From Octopus sinensis (Eukaryota), in assembly GCF_006345805.1 (NCBI RefSeq), contig NC_042997.1, forward strand, positions 56,358,001 to 56,422,000: 64,000 nucleotides of DNA. Reading direction: 5' to 3'. Position numbers and translations under genes: made by a program. The notes under the pieces were generated by a model. That model had not been told where the DNA came from, did not search any database, and saw only the letters and a list, made by a program, of their open reading frames with translations. How positions within the stretch are numbered: position 1 is the first letter of the stretch; the number at the start of each line of letters is the position of its first letter. This document shows, piece after piece, positions 23,101 to 36,486 of this stretch.

Positions 23101-26100
23101 CACTCGTGAGAATGCTTCCTTATTAGCAGAAACCCCTCGAGAGACAACGTTAACAGGGTTCTTCAAATTGTGTCAGAAAGATGATTTCGCAAAAACATTG
23201 TTTTACAATCAAGTTCCATCATACTATACATGGGATAATAAAGAATGGAGTCGTCGAAAAAATGGCTAACCATTAGATGGTCAATCGGATATCAAGTTCA
23301 GTTCTTCTTTGGGCAGAGTGTACACGGTTCCTCCAAATCAACATGAATGCTTTTATCTACGCATGCTACTTCATGAGGTAACAGGACCCACTTCATTTGA
23401 AGACCTAAAAACTATCGACAATCATGTCTATCCTACATTCAGAGAAGCCTGTCTAGCGCGTGGTATGCTAGAAGACGACTCACGATGGGACGCAACTTTG
23501 GCGGAGATTGCTTCATCACATTCAGCTGGAACTGTGCGAGAACTGTTCGCAAAACTTCTTATACATTGCAACATAAGTGATCCGAACACGCTATGGCTGA
23601 AGTTTCGCAACCAATTGACAGAAGATTTCTTGCATCAGGCTCAGCAACAACTTCCTCATTTAGAAGTCGTCTTTACTGCTGAAATTTACAATCAGGCACT
23701 CATTGACATAGAAAATAGGCTTTTACTTATGGGTAGTGCTGTTTTACCATCATACGGACTTCCACAAACTCATCGGACTGACTCTGAAGGTATTCCAACC
23801 TTCATCATCCAGGAAACTTCTTATGATATCGATGCCCTATCAAAACAGGTTCTTGAAATGGAACCAAAATTACTTGCAGATCAATTGTCAGCGTACAACA
23901 CAGTTGTTAACGTTTTCAGTCAATGTGGTGGCATTTTTTTCCTTGATGCTCCCGGAGGTACCGGCAAAACATTTGTCACTAAATTACTTTTGGCAAAAGT
24001 TCGAAAAAATAAACTTATTGCAATAGCTGTAGCTTCATCAGGTATTGCTGCAACCCTTCTTCCTGGTGGCAGGACAGCACCTTCAACATTTAAGCTTCCC
24101 CTTAATTTAACCTCCAGTGAAACTCCTACTTGTGACATTAAGAAGGACAGTCAGCGGGCAGATCTACTCAGAAGGTGTAGACTCATCGTTTGGGATGAAT
24201 GCACAATGGCCCACAAAGGAGCTATTGAGGCCCTCGATAGGACCCTACAAGACGTAAGAGACTGTCTACAAAGTATGGGGGGGCCTAACAGTATTGTTTT
24301 CTGGGGACTTTCGACAAACTTTGCCAGTAATTCCAAAGGGCACAAGAGCGGATCAGGTTCGGGCATGCTTGAAATCTTCTTCATTGTGGTCACAAGTAAC
24401 AACACTCAGATTAACCACAAACATGTGTGTTCGATTACATGGAGACATTGAACATGAAAAGTTTGCCGAGGATCTTCTTCTTTTGGGTGACGGTAGGGTA
24501 CCAAAAGACTAACACGACCATATTTCAATTCAGCATTTGTGTTCCCTGGTTGGTAGTATCGATGATCTTAAATCGGCGGTTTTTCCACAATTGCCTGAAA
24601 ATTTACTCAATCATGCATGGCTTTGTGAAAGAGCTATCTTATCACCTACAAATGTGACCGTCTCTGCAATCAATCGGCAATTGCTTGAAACACTTCCGGG
24701 AAATTCTATGGTTTTTAAATCAATTGATTCGAACGTTGACCCCTATGATACTGTTAAATACCCTATTGAATTTCTTAATTCATTGGATCCTCCTGATTTT
24801 CCTCCACACATGTACCTCAAAGCAGGATGTCCTATCATACTTCTCAGAAATATAACTCCTCCTAAACTTTGCAATGGTACTCGCCTTGTTGTGAATAGAA
24901 TGTCAAATCACATCATTCATGCAACAATCATGTCTGGCTGTGGAAAAGGAGAGGAAGTTGTTATACCAAGGGTAACTCTTATGACCTCGGGTGCTGATAT
25001 ACCGTACTCTTTCAAAAGGACGCAATTTCCACTCCGTTTAGCTTTTGCAATGTCAATTAATAAGTCTCAGGGTCAGACATTAAACGTTGCAGGACTGCAT
25101 CTTGGAGATCATTGTTTTTCCCATGGTCAACTATACGTTGGATGTTCCCGAGTCGGCAGTAAAAACAAACTCTTCGCATTTGCTCCAAACAGGACAACAA
25201 AAAACATTGTGTATGCAGAGGTTTTGTAGATGATGTGGTTTCAAGTTCAAATCAAATGCAACCTTTCAAATCAGACAATTCAATCAATTGGATTCTGCGC
25301 CTTCACAAGCTGCAATACAATTCTTCATTACAACGTCGGTCATATAATTATTGGTTTAATTATTCATTTGGATGTTTTGTTCTACCAAACTAAATATAAA
25401 AATGGGCCATCAATATCTTCTTTTTTCTGGGAAAAATTTCACCCTTATGCTAATTTAGCTATGTTCCCAAATGTATCTGTCAAACATTTACATCTTTTTG
25501 TCTTCTTTTGACACTGTACTTTATGTGTTTTGAGCCTTATTCGAATAGCAGATTTCATAAGTTCTGCTGTTTTCTTCAAATTTATAAAAATATGCGTTGT
25601 TGCGGACAATATCTTTGTTTTGATTTTTCCAAAAGTATGGATAAAATGGAATGCAATTTCGTCAAAATTAACGCTTAAACAAGTTATTCATCAAATTTCT
25701 ATCCACCCGAGCAAAGCCTGGTCAATCTGCTATCTATCTATATATATAAAATTGAAGTTGTGTGGTGTCTGTCTCCTACGATTTAGATTCCTAACTACTC
25801 CCACATTCTGCGGTGCAGTTTAACCAAAAGTGGGTATCTTATAGTCGTGATTCATATCAAGCCCTTCTGGGTATTAGCGCGCGTCTACGATTTAAAAAAA
25901 ATTTACCATCTTTTGTTCCCATTTTTAATGTATTTTTTTTGCTATTATATAAGGGAAGTAACTCTCTAAAAATGTCTACGATGAGTCTACAATTTAAAAA
26001 AAAAATTACCATAATTTTTTCCATTTTTAATGCATTTTTTGCTATTATATAAGGGAAGTAACTCTAAAAATGCTTATATAGTTATTTCCCTTACAAATCC

Positions 26101-29100
26101 GAGCAACGCCGGCGATACTGCTAGTTTGATATAATTGTTTGACCTTTAAGCCAGCATTTAATGAATCCAATTTACTGTAACTTTCTCTACATGCTAAATA
26201 AATGGCTGCCAGCCACAATTAATATATTACAAATGAAAATTTCATTCTAGCCTGGTCATATTTTACCAGTTTTTAACTTTTTTTTTCTTTTTTTAATTTT
26301 TTCATTGTAGCAAGGTGGTGCTCAGCATAGAACTTTGCTATCTAAACTCTGGTTGATATTATTTCTTCTTGGTAATATTTTGTCTATATATATTGTATTT
26401 GCTGATCAGAAACTCTACCGGACGTGAGTAAATTCTCTTTCTTCGTATTCTCTTAATTTTTATTTCTTAAAAATGTATGTAAGTGTTTTTAGTTAGAACC
26501 TAGTGATTAGTGATAATGAATTTGTTTTGGAAATGATAGTACTGAGATTGTGTTGACTAGCCTCAGACAGCAACATGGTATAACATTTCATTTCGTCTAA
26601 CATCTTTAAAATCAACATCACTAACACAGAATTACATGGTTCTCAACAATTTGTCATTTGGTTTAATATCCAGATCCAAGCAATTCGTTCTATATGTAAT
26701 CTAAAGAAAAGAATTGCAATATCTTTTAATAAAATAATAGGTATTGCTAGGCTTATTTTGTTTTCAGATAAAAATATACATAATGAAAATTTTGGCTGAA
26801 ATTAAAATCACCCTTTTGAGAAAAATCAAAAGTTGACATCCAGAAAAGAATCAATAAAAAAAAAATAAAATTCAAAACATGTTCCAGATTAACATCAGAT
26901 CTTTTTTCATTTGATATTTTTTTCTATTTGAAAATTTATTGTAAATCAATGTTTTTTCTTAAAGTTTCTTACCATCATTAACTGAAGTCCTGAACTAATG
27001 TATTGACCTCCATAGACCACTAGCTTTACAAACTCAGTGCTTAGCTTTGGTTCAATCTATAAAATGAAAGATGAATTTGCTCATAGATAAAATGCTAGTC
27101 TATTGCAGCTAATATTCCCAGAAAACATATAACTCATTTCTTCAAATTTTGTTGAATGAAACATGTAGTGTTAAATGTTTTGCTTAGGGAAACAACAAAA
27201 TATTAACTGCAGTTTCTGTTACATTAGCTTCTCACTGTAAAATAATAAATAATGTTCTTAATTGATTTTGTTATCAGTGTGGATGCTTCTAAGATTTTGC
27301 TTTTTACGTCTTAATTTTAAGGTAAACCATTAATGCTCATTTTCTGTTTCTTATCTTTTTAGATTATACCTCCAGCTTCCTGTTATGGAAAAGTTAGATA
27401 TATGGTCACTTGCTTGGATTATAGGAATCACAGATTTTGTACTTAAATTTATTTGTATTATCTTAAAATCTTTGGTTGCCATGTGGCCACGAACATATAT
27501 ACCTTACCGTCGAAGGGTAGGCATTTCTCTTTTCTTTGTTTCCATGGCTCTTTTTTAAAATTCTTTCTAGATTGGCAATATATTAAGCTGATATTAGAAA
27601 TTTTGTTGGTCTACCTTTGTTATTGTCAGTATCAGTATTATTGCTATTTATAGAGCTCCCCATCTGATCTTTATACTTCCTACAATGATATAAAATCTAA
27701 AGCAAATAGATTGACTCACTTATGCAACATTTTGACAATAAAATAAAGCACTCCATTAGTGTCAGTTCAGCAAATAAGATCTACAATAATCCAATCATAA
27801 TACTTTGCCTAAGCTACCAGTTTATCTCCACCAGTTTAAAGAAACTATTATACAATTTAATCTAATAGTCACTTCACAAAAGGTGCTGTAACCTGCTAGG
27901 AGAATCATTGATTAAATGTCTGATGCTGAACTCAGTTGAACCAATGAGAGTGCCTTTACATGGTCAAGTGACCTGCTAGAAAAAGCAACCAGTGTCTCCT
28001 TAAATCATATCCTACTATCTTAATGAAGAAAGAAAAAATTGGATAATGTAGTTCTAGTTACATAAAAAGACAAAATGGTCACAAATGGAATGCTTTCGAC
28101 CACAAATTTGCTTAGTGAGGACTGATCTGAAGTTAAAAAACACACTCCACATCTACTCAGGCTTTTTATTTATTCAATAAAACAAGACTATTAAAATTAA
28201 AATAGTATTAGCCTGTGACTAATATTTTTTTTCTGGTGCCATGTTAAAAGCACCCAGCACACTCTGTAAAGTGGTTGGCATTAGGAAGGGCATCCGGCCA
28301 TAGAAACCAAGTCAAATCAGACTGGAACTTGATGCAGCCCTCTTGCTTACCATCTCTGGTCAAACCATCGAATCCATGGTAAACAGACATTAAAGGATGA
28401 TGATGATGAATCAGATGTACCTATCAATGAAATTGTTGCTTGTGTTGTTTAGCCCTAGATCAACCTGGATCTAACAAATCTATGATCAAAGACATTCTAC
28501 ATGTGTCCTTTTCTTATTTCAGATGGATATGATTTGAGAGAGATACAACTGCTATTTCTAGCAGGTTATGTGTCCATGTAGGTTTCCTCATTGGTTTGTT
28601 AGACCTGCTGACTTCAGTATAAAATCATTACAAAATGTGATTTGTGATGATCAAGCTTTTCTTAAGGAAACTAGTGATATAAGGAAAATGAAGCAACTAC
28701 TGCTCAGAACTGAAACTAGGCTATTGTTGTTGCTGGATGTGAGCTTTGCCTTCTGTATGATTCAACCAAAAATAGCATATAAACCCTTCTGGGTTTTTAT
28801 TGAAAACTTTTGAAACATTTAATTCCTTTAAACCTTATGTTGAATTGAAATGCACATAATATGTAGTCCTTAATCCTTTTAGTGATTAGAAATTTTGATG
28901 AAATGCAGTTAGTTCAGTATAAATCATAAATTTATAACTATTGCATGAATTTGGATCAAATTTGTTGATACAGTATAATGATCATTGATGTACATAGTGA
29001 ATGTGGTTTTTACCTATTGTTGTTGATCTTTATCTATTGTCATGTCACTTTCACCTGCCAAGGTAGGTTGAATACTGTTAATAAATCATTAATCATTAAT

Positions 29101-32100
29101 CTTCACTTAATGTCCACCTTCCATGCTAGCATGGAATAGTATGAAATTCTATCCTACTGCTTGAGGTATTGATCACCATTAGGCTGACATCAAAAGAAGA
29201 AAAAAATCTTGAGAATTTGACTTGGTATAGCTAGTTCTTTCTAAAGAGGTAAAACTTTGGTTCTCACACAGAATGCTTAGTTCTAGTTTTTGACCAAACA
29301 ATACTATCTGAACTACTGTTTCATACTGTTATGGATTTGGTAACAGGTGCAGATATTTGCAGTGTAGAACTTTGAGTAAAAAACAAAATTAGTATACAGT
29401 AGATATGTTAGTAAACATTTTTCAAATTACTTGCCCTCTGTTAATTGTAACAGCCAAATAACATTTTTTTGTTTGCTTTTTTTTCTTTTCTTCTTAGGGT
29501 AAATATTTCATGTTAATTGAGCAGATGATATATTTTTATGGTTGTTTAACACCAATTGTTCCTTGGGTGTACTTTTTACTGGATGATTCATATGGGGGTC
29601 AGTGGTTTTCTACATTCTTGCTGGTGATATATACTGCTTTTAAGGTAAAGTAACTTCATTTATTTCTATTTTAGTTGTGTTTGTCCTCATTTCTCTACCA
29701 CCACTGTCACTGTTATCACCCCCTACCACCACCACTAAATTGATCTTAGTTTTTGTTTGTGCATGCTGGAATTGTTACTACCATCATCATTATCATCATG
29801 TCTACTTTTCCAGATTTACATGGATCAGGTGAAAATATTTCTTTTTATGGAATACCAACAATATATATGACGGAGGACTGAGATATGTAGTGTATTGCTG
29901 TACTTAAAAAATCCACCCACCACAACAGAATTGAGATCCTAAAATCAAGGTGCCGCATAAAAAGTGTTGGTGTGGGCGCTGGTGTCATGTAAAAAGCACT
30001 GGTGCTGATGCCACATAAAAAGCACCCAGTACACTCTATGGAATAGTTGCTGTTTGGAAGGGCATCCAGCCATAGAAATCAAGTTAGAACAGACTTTGGA
30101 ACTTGGTGAAGACCCTGACCATACCAATTTCTGTCAAGCTATCCAGTCCATGCCAGTATGGAAAAGAACCATTAAATGATGATGATGGTATATATGACTG
30201 ACACTTCAGCAAGACTCCTTCTCTTCTCCCTCTGTCATAGTTTCTTATTCCTCCAGCCTTTCCTCACTCAGTTGAGGAGTCTTATTTTGCAGGTACTTGG
30301 TGACTGCACTGGTACCGGTGCCACATAAAAGCACCCAGTGCACTCTGATCAGTGGTTGGAATGAGGAAGGGCATCCCACTGTAGAAACCATGCCAAAGCA
30401 GCCATAGAACCTGGCAGAGACCTCTGACTCATCTGTTCTTGTAAAACTGTCCAACCCATGCCAGTATGGAAAAAGGGACATTAAATGATGATGATGGTGG
30501 TGGTGATAGTGATGACAGGCTGCCTGTAGCTTCCCAATTCTTTCATATGGCATTGATCAGTAGAAGACACCTAAGATACCACAGTGAGACTGAACCTGAA
30601 ACCATATCGTTACACAGCAGACTTCTTAACCACACAACTATCCCTTTGATTTTTGTATTTAATTATTGATATTCACAGCAGCATTATTCTGACTTAGTCC
30701 AATAGAGGGCATGTTTCTGGTTTATGTGCATTTTTTGTCAGATTGTTCTGAAAATTATACAATACATATGCTGTCTCAAGAAATACAGTGATTGAAGTAG
30801 TGATTTTTGCTCAAATTATTAATGAGTTTATAGCCTACTGTAAACATTATATAATTTTGCATATCTATGCAGCCATGAATGAACTGTCTAAAAATAGAAG
30901 CCAAATCTCCCTCAAATTGCACCCTACTATTTTGAAAAGGTGGGGCTCACATTGGATAATGTAGTCCTAGGTATACAAAACTTTTTGAGAAAGAAATGAT
31001 CAGATGTTTGGCTGGAATTCTTTTGATTTTAGATCTGTTCAATCAGAGCTGATCTAAGGCTAAATAAAAAAAAAAATTTTTTTTTTTCTAGTCAATCACA
31101 AAAATTACAGTCAGAAATATATTAGTGTGACATGCTGTTTACAGTGTTTTAAGATGATATGTTTATATTTACAGTGCAAACACTTGACATTTTTATCTCA
31201 TTGTAATTAGTTTAAATCTAAAAACGAACCAAATGAAATCTAATAATAAATTGTTGTTATCAGTGCCCTGAGATGAATTGATTGCTAGATTGGAAAATAT
31301 CCTCATTTGTAAATAGTTTATTGCTAGTATTTAAATCACCAAAGGTGTTATTATTAGAATGACCTTATTAACAGTGTATCAAATTCCAAAATGCAAACAG
31401 GTAGCTTGGACCCACTTTAGAGTTCTCACTGTTTAATGGTAAGGATAGTGGTGGTGGTAATAGTGGCAGCAATGTTGACAACGATGATGATGTTGATGGC
31501 AGTAACAGTAATAAAGTAGATGATGATGATGCTAATAGTTTTATTTAGCTCCATGGCAGCTCTGATTGAGCAGATCTATGGCTAATCTCATTCCAGTCCT
31601 GGCCATCCCATCTTATTTTCAGACATAATGTATCTGAGACTATATTATTTGTGCTGTCAGTCAATCAGGCACTGCTCAAGGGTTCGGAGCTCTGAGTGGC
31701 CCGCACTCTACATGTTAACTCTACTAAAATACATATTCAAAGGGGCCCAGTAAACAGTTGTGCCCAAGGGCTCTCAATACCCTCAGTCCGACCCTGTTTG
31801 TGCCCTTCCTTTTTATGATAAGGTGTAATAAAAAAGATACGGCTGCTATTTCTAGCAGGTTTAGTGATCATGTAGTGGTTCCCTCATAAGCTTGTCAGCC
31901 AGTCTTTGTTGGGGTTTGGTGGTAGCAAGTGTAATTAAGAATATGTGTTTGTATATTATCCTAGGAACTGAGTTAAGTTTTAGGCTCTAACCATAAAGAT
32001 ACATTTATAGTGAGTTCCCTTTAATGTGATTTTAATAGACTGCCTAATCAGATCCTTAGTGTAAGTACTTCTGTCATGGCTCAAGTCCAAAGAAAAGACT

Positions 32101-35100
32101 TGAATTCAGCACTGTAATGCTATCAAAATACTTAACATAGTGCTCCTGCTGCTTGCAGTTATGAGATGTACCTTTCTAAGGCATTTAAATGCAGATAGGT
32201 GAACTTAGCTAGAAAGAATTGTGTGGCTGTAGTGGTTACAATGCAGCTAAGACAACAACCCAACCTTCTTGAACACATTAATTAATTATGAAATACAAGC
32301 TGAAACTCCAGTTGAATAAGTTAGTTGATATAATATACTGAGAATAGTTGGTTCCATGAACGAAACAGTTGGAGCTAGTCTGTTTTTAAATTATAGAGGT
32401 TATAATTTATATATTTTATTTAATATTATTGTTAACATGAAGGTGGGGATCTGACAGAATCATTAGCACAGCAGACAAAATGCTTAGTAGCATTTCCTGT
32501 CTTTATGTTCTGAGTTCAAATTCTGCCATGGTCCACTTTGATTTCCTTCCCTTCAGGATCAATAAAATATGTACAATTGAACACTGGGATCAATGTAATC
32601 CCTCGTCCAAAATTTCTGGCCTTGTGCCAAAATTTGAAACCAATATTATTGTTAAAATAATTGTAGAAGGTCAGTGGATTAATAGAAGGTTCAAAACAAC
32701 GCTTTGTAACATTTAGCTATAGTTCTTTATGTTCCAAGTTCAAACCCTGCCTGGGTTAGCTTTGTCTTTTGTTCTCATTGGAGCAGTGAAATAAGTACCT
32801 GTCAAGTACTAGGGTGATGGTAAGACCTCACCTGGAATTTGCATCACCAGTCTGGAACCCCTATCTTGCCCAAGATATTAATCGTCTGAAAGCCGTTCAG
32901 CGACATGCAACCAAAAGAATACCCTCCATAAGGCATCTGCCATATTCTGAACGCCTTACTTCCCTGGGCATGGATACATTGAAACTCTGATGTCTGGCAG
33001 CTGACTTGGCAGACACCCATAAAATTATTAACCATCTTACAAACAATAACTCTGAGCACCTTTTCAAACTCCACCCATCTAACACCCGTGGACATATTTA
33101 CAAAATCAGAAAACAGCACTGCTCCCATGACTTTAGGAAACATTTTTTGATGCTGAGAGTTGCTGAAGCATGGAACAAACTGCCAGCATCAGTTATTAGT
33201 TGTTGGAGCACTGCATCCTTCAAAACTTCCATGCTTTCTGAGATTCACCAACACTACACCTGATTTTCTCCCCTCCATACACACACAAGCATGTATGTAT
33301 CTGTTCGCTTTCCAGACATTTGTACATTACTGCATATACTTTATACGCACTTTCTGACAAGTTGTGGTGCACCTGAGCACTGTATACAATAATTGCATTA
33401 TTATTATTTATTTTATATCCTTCCTTCAAAATGTGTAACCTTGTATTATATTAGAATTCAATATAATTGTTGAAGAATTTGAGCTTCATTTCTTAATTGA
33501 AAAGTTACATTTCTTGCTTTAAAATTTTTTGCCCACATCACTAACATTTTTAGAATTATTTTATAATTCTAAGATAAATCATTATAAATTTAATTATTTC
33601 TTCTGACAGATGAATTTGGTGTACATACACTCATTTGATTTATGGAAAGCTTGTAAGAAAATTAACAGTGATATGGTGAGTCTTATTCTTACATTCTCTA
33701 AAATATTACTATTAATATTATTATTATCAAGACGTCTTCAATTTTTTGTGAGTTTCTACTGCACCATCTTGTTCTTGAGGTCTGTGTAACTATGATTTCT
33801 TTGATATGTAGAATTGTGTTTATATGCATGGCAAGACACAAATGGTAAATGTAGCACAGAATAACTTGCAATATTCACCTCAAGGCAGTGAGTTGGCAGA
33901 GTTGTTTCTGCACTGGGAAAATTGCTTAGTGGCATTTCATCCATCTTTACATTCTGAATTCAAATTCTGCCAAGGTTGCCTTTGATTTCATCTTTTCAAG
34001 GTCAATAAAATAAGTACCAGTTTAGTACTGGGGTCAATGTAATTAATTTACCAGCATCCTTGAAATTGCTAGCCTTGTGCCAAAATTTGCAACCAATATT
34101 TATTGACATCCCTCTAAATTCTAAGTTCAAATTCCACTAGTGTCAACTATGTCATTCATACCTTTAGGATCAATAACGTATATACATTCTGATGTGTTAT
34201 CATCAATTATACACTTTCTTACAAATTGGTACCAATATAAGAAATCATCATTAGAATTTTTAGAAAAAATTTATAGTCCATGTATTTAGTGACTACACCT
34301 CAACTCTTCATTGCAGTTCTACTTCCATTTCCAGTTCAATTTGATGAAGCTAGGTATAAAAGTGGTGATCAGATTGTTCTTTTAGTTAGCATATTGAGTT
34401 TAAAATTCTTCTAAGACTAACCTAACATCACTTTTCTAAACTCTCTGGATAAAGAATACTTATTTGCCTTCTAAAGTTTGCTTTCACCATTTTTTTCTTG
34501 GATGATATTATCTTGTCTTTGATGGATCTCTTTTTTGAAATATGATTTTAAAAATATCTTACTCAGCTGCTTAAATTACACAATATATTAAAAATATGCT
34601 AAACAAAAAAGAAAATAAATCTTCTTAATCATTAAAAGAAAATCCCCAAATCTCATATATCATTCTTATCTTTTCCATGATATTCTGAAATTAGAATTTA
34701 GGTACAAAACCTACATCAGAAGAAGTTCACACTGCAGGGCATTCATGCCCAATTTGTCATGATGATTTTGCTAACCCAATAAAACTTACTTGTCAAGTAA
34801 GTAAATTCATTTTTTTAACAAATCTTTCTTTCATTATTTGTTATTGATACATGTAAAACATTAAGCACTCCCATTTTGATAGGTTGGCTTTTCAAGATGT
34901 TGTCTATGTATTTTACATGTTCAATTAGTTGTCCTTTTTTTAATTTTTACAGAATAGAATGGCTTTTACAATTTTACATATTAGATCGGCTTTTACAAAT
35001 TTGTACACTTGTATGTTATTCTAGTAATGTTTTTACAACTGGGTACCCTAACAACAAGTACTGTGTAATTTGTCAGTGGTAAAGGAACTTGCCTACTAGG

Positions 35101-36486
35101 TAAACCAATAAAGTTACATTTCTCTTCTAGGGGCTCAGTAGTATCTCTTATGATAATGGGTTAATAAAAGTTAAACTGAGTTATGAGGCCTGTATTTCAG
35201 TGTCTTAAGCTTAAAACCCTGAAAAATAAGTTATAAATGAAATATGTTAGTGGAGTAATTTGAAGCGTTACTTTGGAACACTCAAGACATTTCATGAATA
35301 CAGTTGACTAATATCAAATTATTTGAAATAGTAGTTTTGTTACATATCCTACTTCCAGTAAAATAAGAGATCTTCTTGAAGTTGTTGTTTAGCCTGAAGT
35401 CATCCCTGATTGTGTAGATCTATGGTGAAAGACTTTCTAGACCATGCTGACTTTACATGTTAATTCTTCCTTTAAGATGGTAGCATGTGATATAAGGGAG
35501 ATTTGGCTGATATTTTTCTGTGAGTGACCTTGTATAATTTTACAGTGGATGTACCGTCCAACCCGTGCTAGCGCGGAAAATGGACGTTAAATGATGATGA
35601 TGATTGATGTGAATTCCAAATTGAAGTCATTTAAATTTATATTTTTGAAAAAAGTTTAATGTCATCTCTAAAAGCATATTCAATTCAAATGCTTTCTCAG
35701 TGACCAGCTAGAACTGAATTTGTATCTGCTTATTCTTATACACAATAAATTGGACATTGTTATTTTTGATATCCCTTTAATTTATAAGTATATATTAAAA
35801 AAATAAGAGGTGGTTGATGTTAGGAAGGGCATCTAATCATAAAAACTACACCAAACAGACCTTGCCGGTGCTGATGTTGTATAAAAAATACTCACTTCAC
35901 TCTGTAACTTGGTTGGCATTAGGAAGGGCATCCAGCTGTAAAAACCATACCAAGGTAGACAGAGGAGCTTGATGCAGTCATCTGGTTTACTGGCTCCTGT
36001 CAAACCATCTAACCCATGTCAGCATGGAAAAATGGATGTTAAATGGTGATGATGAAGAAGAAGAATTTATATTTTATCTGAATTTAATACATAGGTGAAC
36101 CAAACCAGTAACCGATGTTTAGTTCCTTATCAAAGTTCTTTCATTTACTCTGCTTTGGCTTTTGGGAAAGGTATTAACATTGTAGCTCCTTCCTCCTATT
36201 CTCTGAAATGAATAGGATTGACCACCTTATTGATAAATAGATAGATACTTCTATACACACAAGGTCAGAAATTTAACTTGATTTTTTTTAGGATCATTAA
36301 ATAAATATTCTCTCTGAATGTGAATCTCCTAATGCTTTCTATTTGTCTTTTCAGCACATATTCTGTGAAGACTGTGTGTCACTGTGGTTTGACCGAGAAC
36401 AGACTTGTCCAATGTGCCGTACACGAATCTCAGACAGTACTCCATACCGTAGTGAATCAGACAGTTATTTCATTCAGTGGTATTGA
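17040..36486 (+). CDS. RNFT2: RING finger and transmembrane domain protein (RNFT1/RNFT2 family), spliced gene, 5' part missing; exons 17040-17125, 26311-26423, 27363-27516, 29498-29644, 33610-33675, 34695-34796, 36355-36486
   Basis: Seven AG/GT-bounded exons join in frame (800 nt, consistent phases) into TM segments, WIIGITDFVLKF and a C3HC4 RING [38 protein letters not shown]. This matches the RNFT1/2 C-terminal half as I recall it. RNFT1 vs RNFT2 is not resolvable; invertebrates probably have a single co-ortholog. Confidence 0.9.
17179..17436 (+). mobile_element. hAT (Charlie-like) MITE
   Basis: TIRs CAGAGGTTCTCAA / TTGAGAACCCCTG; 8-bp TSD CTTTAAAT / CTCTAAAT. Confidence 0.85.
20471..25229 (+). 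pseudogene. Helitron Rep/PIF1-helicase (RepHel), disrupted by several stops and frameshifts
   Basis: Cys cluster CRFC...CCSNGKV; Rep motifs PELFITFTCNPKW, EWQKRGLPHAHIL (HUH), YICKYITKG; helicase motifs DAPGGTGKT, WDECTM, GDFRQTLPV, AMSINKSQGQTL, HGQLYVGCSRV, spread over 8 ORF pieces. Confidence 0.95.
25737..26124 (+). mobile_element. Non-autonomous Helitron (about 390 bp)
   Basis: TCTATATATATAAAA start; body nearly identical to 19815-20078; ends hairpin + CTAG. Confidence 0.9.
26311..26423 (+). CDS. RNFT2: RNFT exon (QGGAQHRTLLSKLWLILFLLGNILSIYIVFADQKLYR)
   Basis: ttgtag| and |gtgagt; hydrophobic TM helix, LGN motif. Confidence 0.85.
27363..27516 (+). CDS. RNFT2: RNFT exon (LYLQLPVMEKLDIWSLAWIIGITDFVLKFICIILKSLVAMWPRTYIPYRRR)
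   Basis: ttttag| and |gtaggc; conserved WIxGITDFxLKF. Confidence 0.92.
29498..29644 (+). CDS. RNFT2: RNFT exon (GKYFMLIEQMIYFYGCLTPIVPWVYFLLDDSYGGQWFSTFLLVIYTAFK)
   Basis: long polypyrimidine tract, ttag| and |gtaaag; GKxYxxIE motif. Confidence 0.9.
32838..33412 (+). mobile_element. CR1 LINE 3' fragment, same family as 14944-16800
   Basis: close nucleotide similarity to 16300-16800; HFxxLRVAEAWNKLP; TAT tail. Confidence 0.9.
33610..33675 (+). CDS. RNFT2: RNFT exon (MNLVYIHSFDLWKACKKINSDM)
   Basis: gacag| and |gtgagt, phase 0/0; fits the linker before the RING. Confidence 0.7.
34695..34796 (+). CDS. RNFT2: RNFT exon, N-terminal half of RING ([34 protein letters not shown])
   Basis: attag| and |gtaagt; CxxC...C. 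Confidence 0.88.
36355..36486 (+). CDS. RNFT2: RNFT terminal coding exon ([43 protein letters not shown])
   Basis: ctttcag| acceptor; completes the C3HC4 RING; TGA at 36484-36486. Confidence 0.93.
   Translation, partial: [43 protein letters not shown]

Larger units (their letters stand above)
19815..26124 (+). mobile_element. Helitron composite (autonomous-type element plus a tandem non-autonomous copy) in an RNFT intron
   Basis: 5' A|TCTTTATATATAAAA at 19815; 3' CCGAGCAACGCCGG hairpin-like motif and CTAG|T at 26121-26125; no TSD; internal Rep-helicase coding. Confidence 0.93.

Noticed and set aside
25230-25730. Captured host gene fragment in the Helitron 3' region
   Set aside because: Short open frames exist on both strands, but there is no recognisable homology or splice structure.
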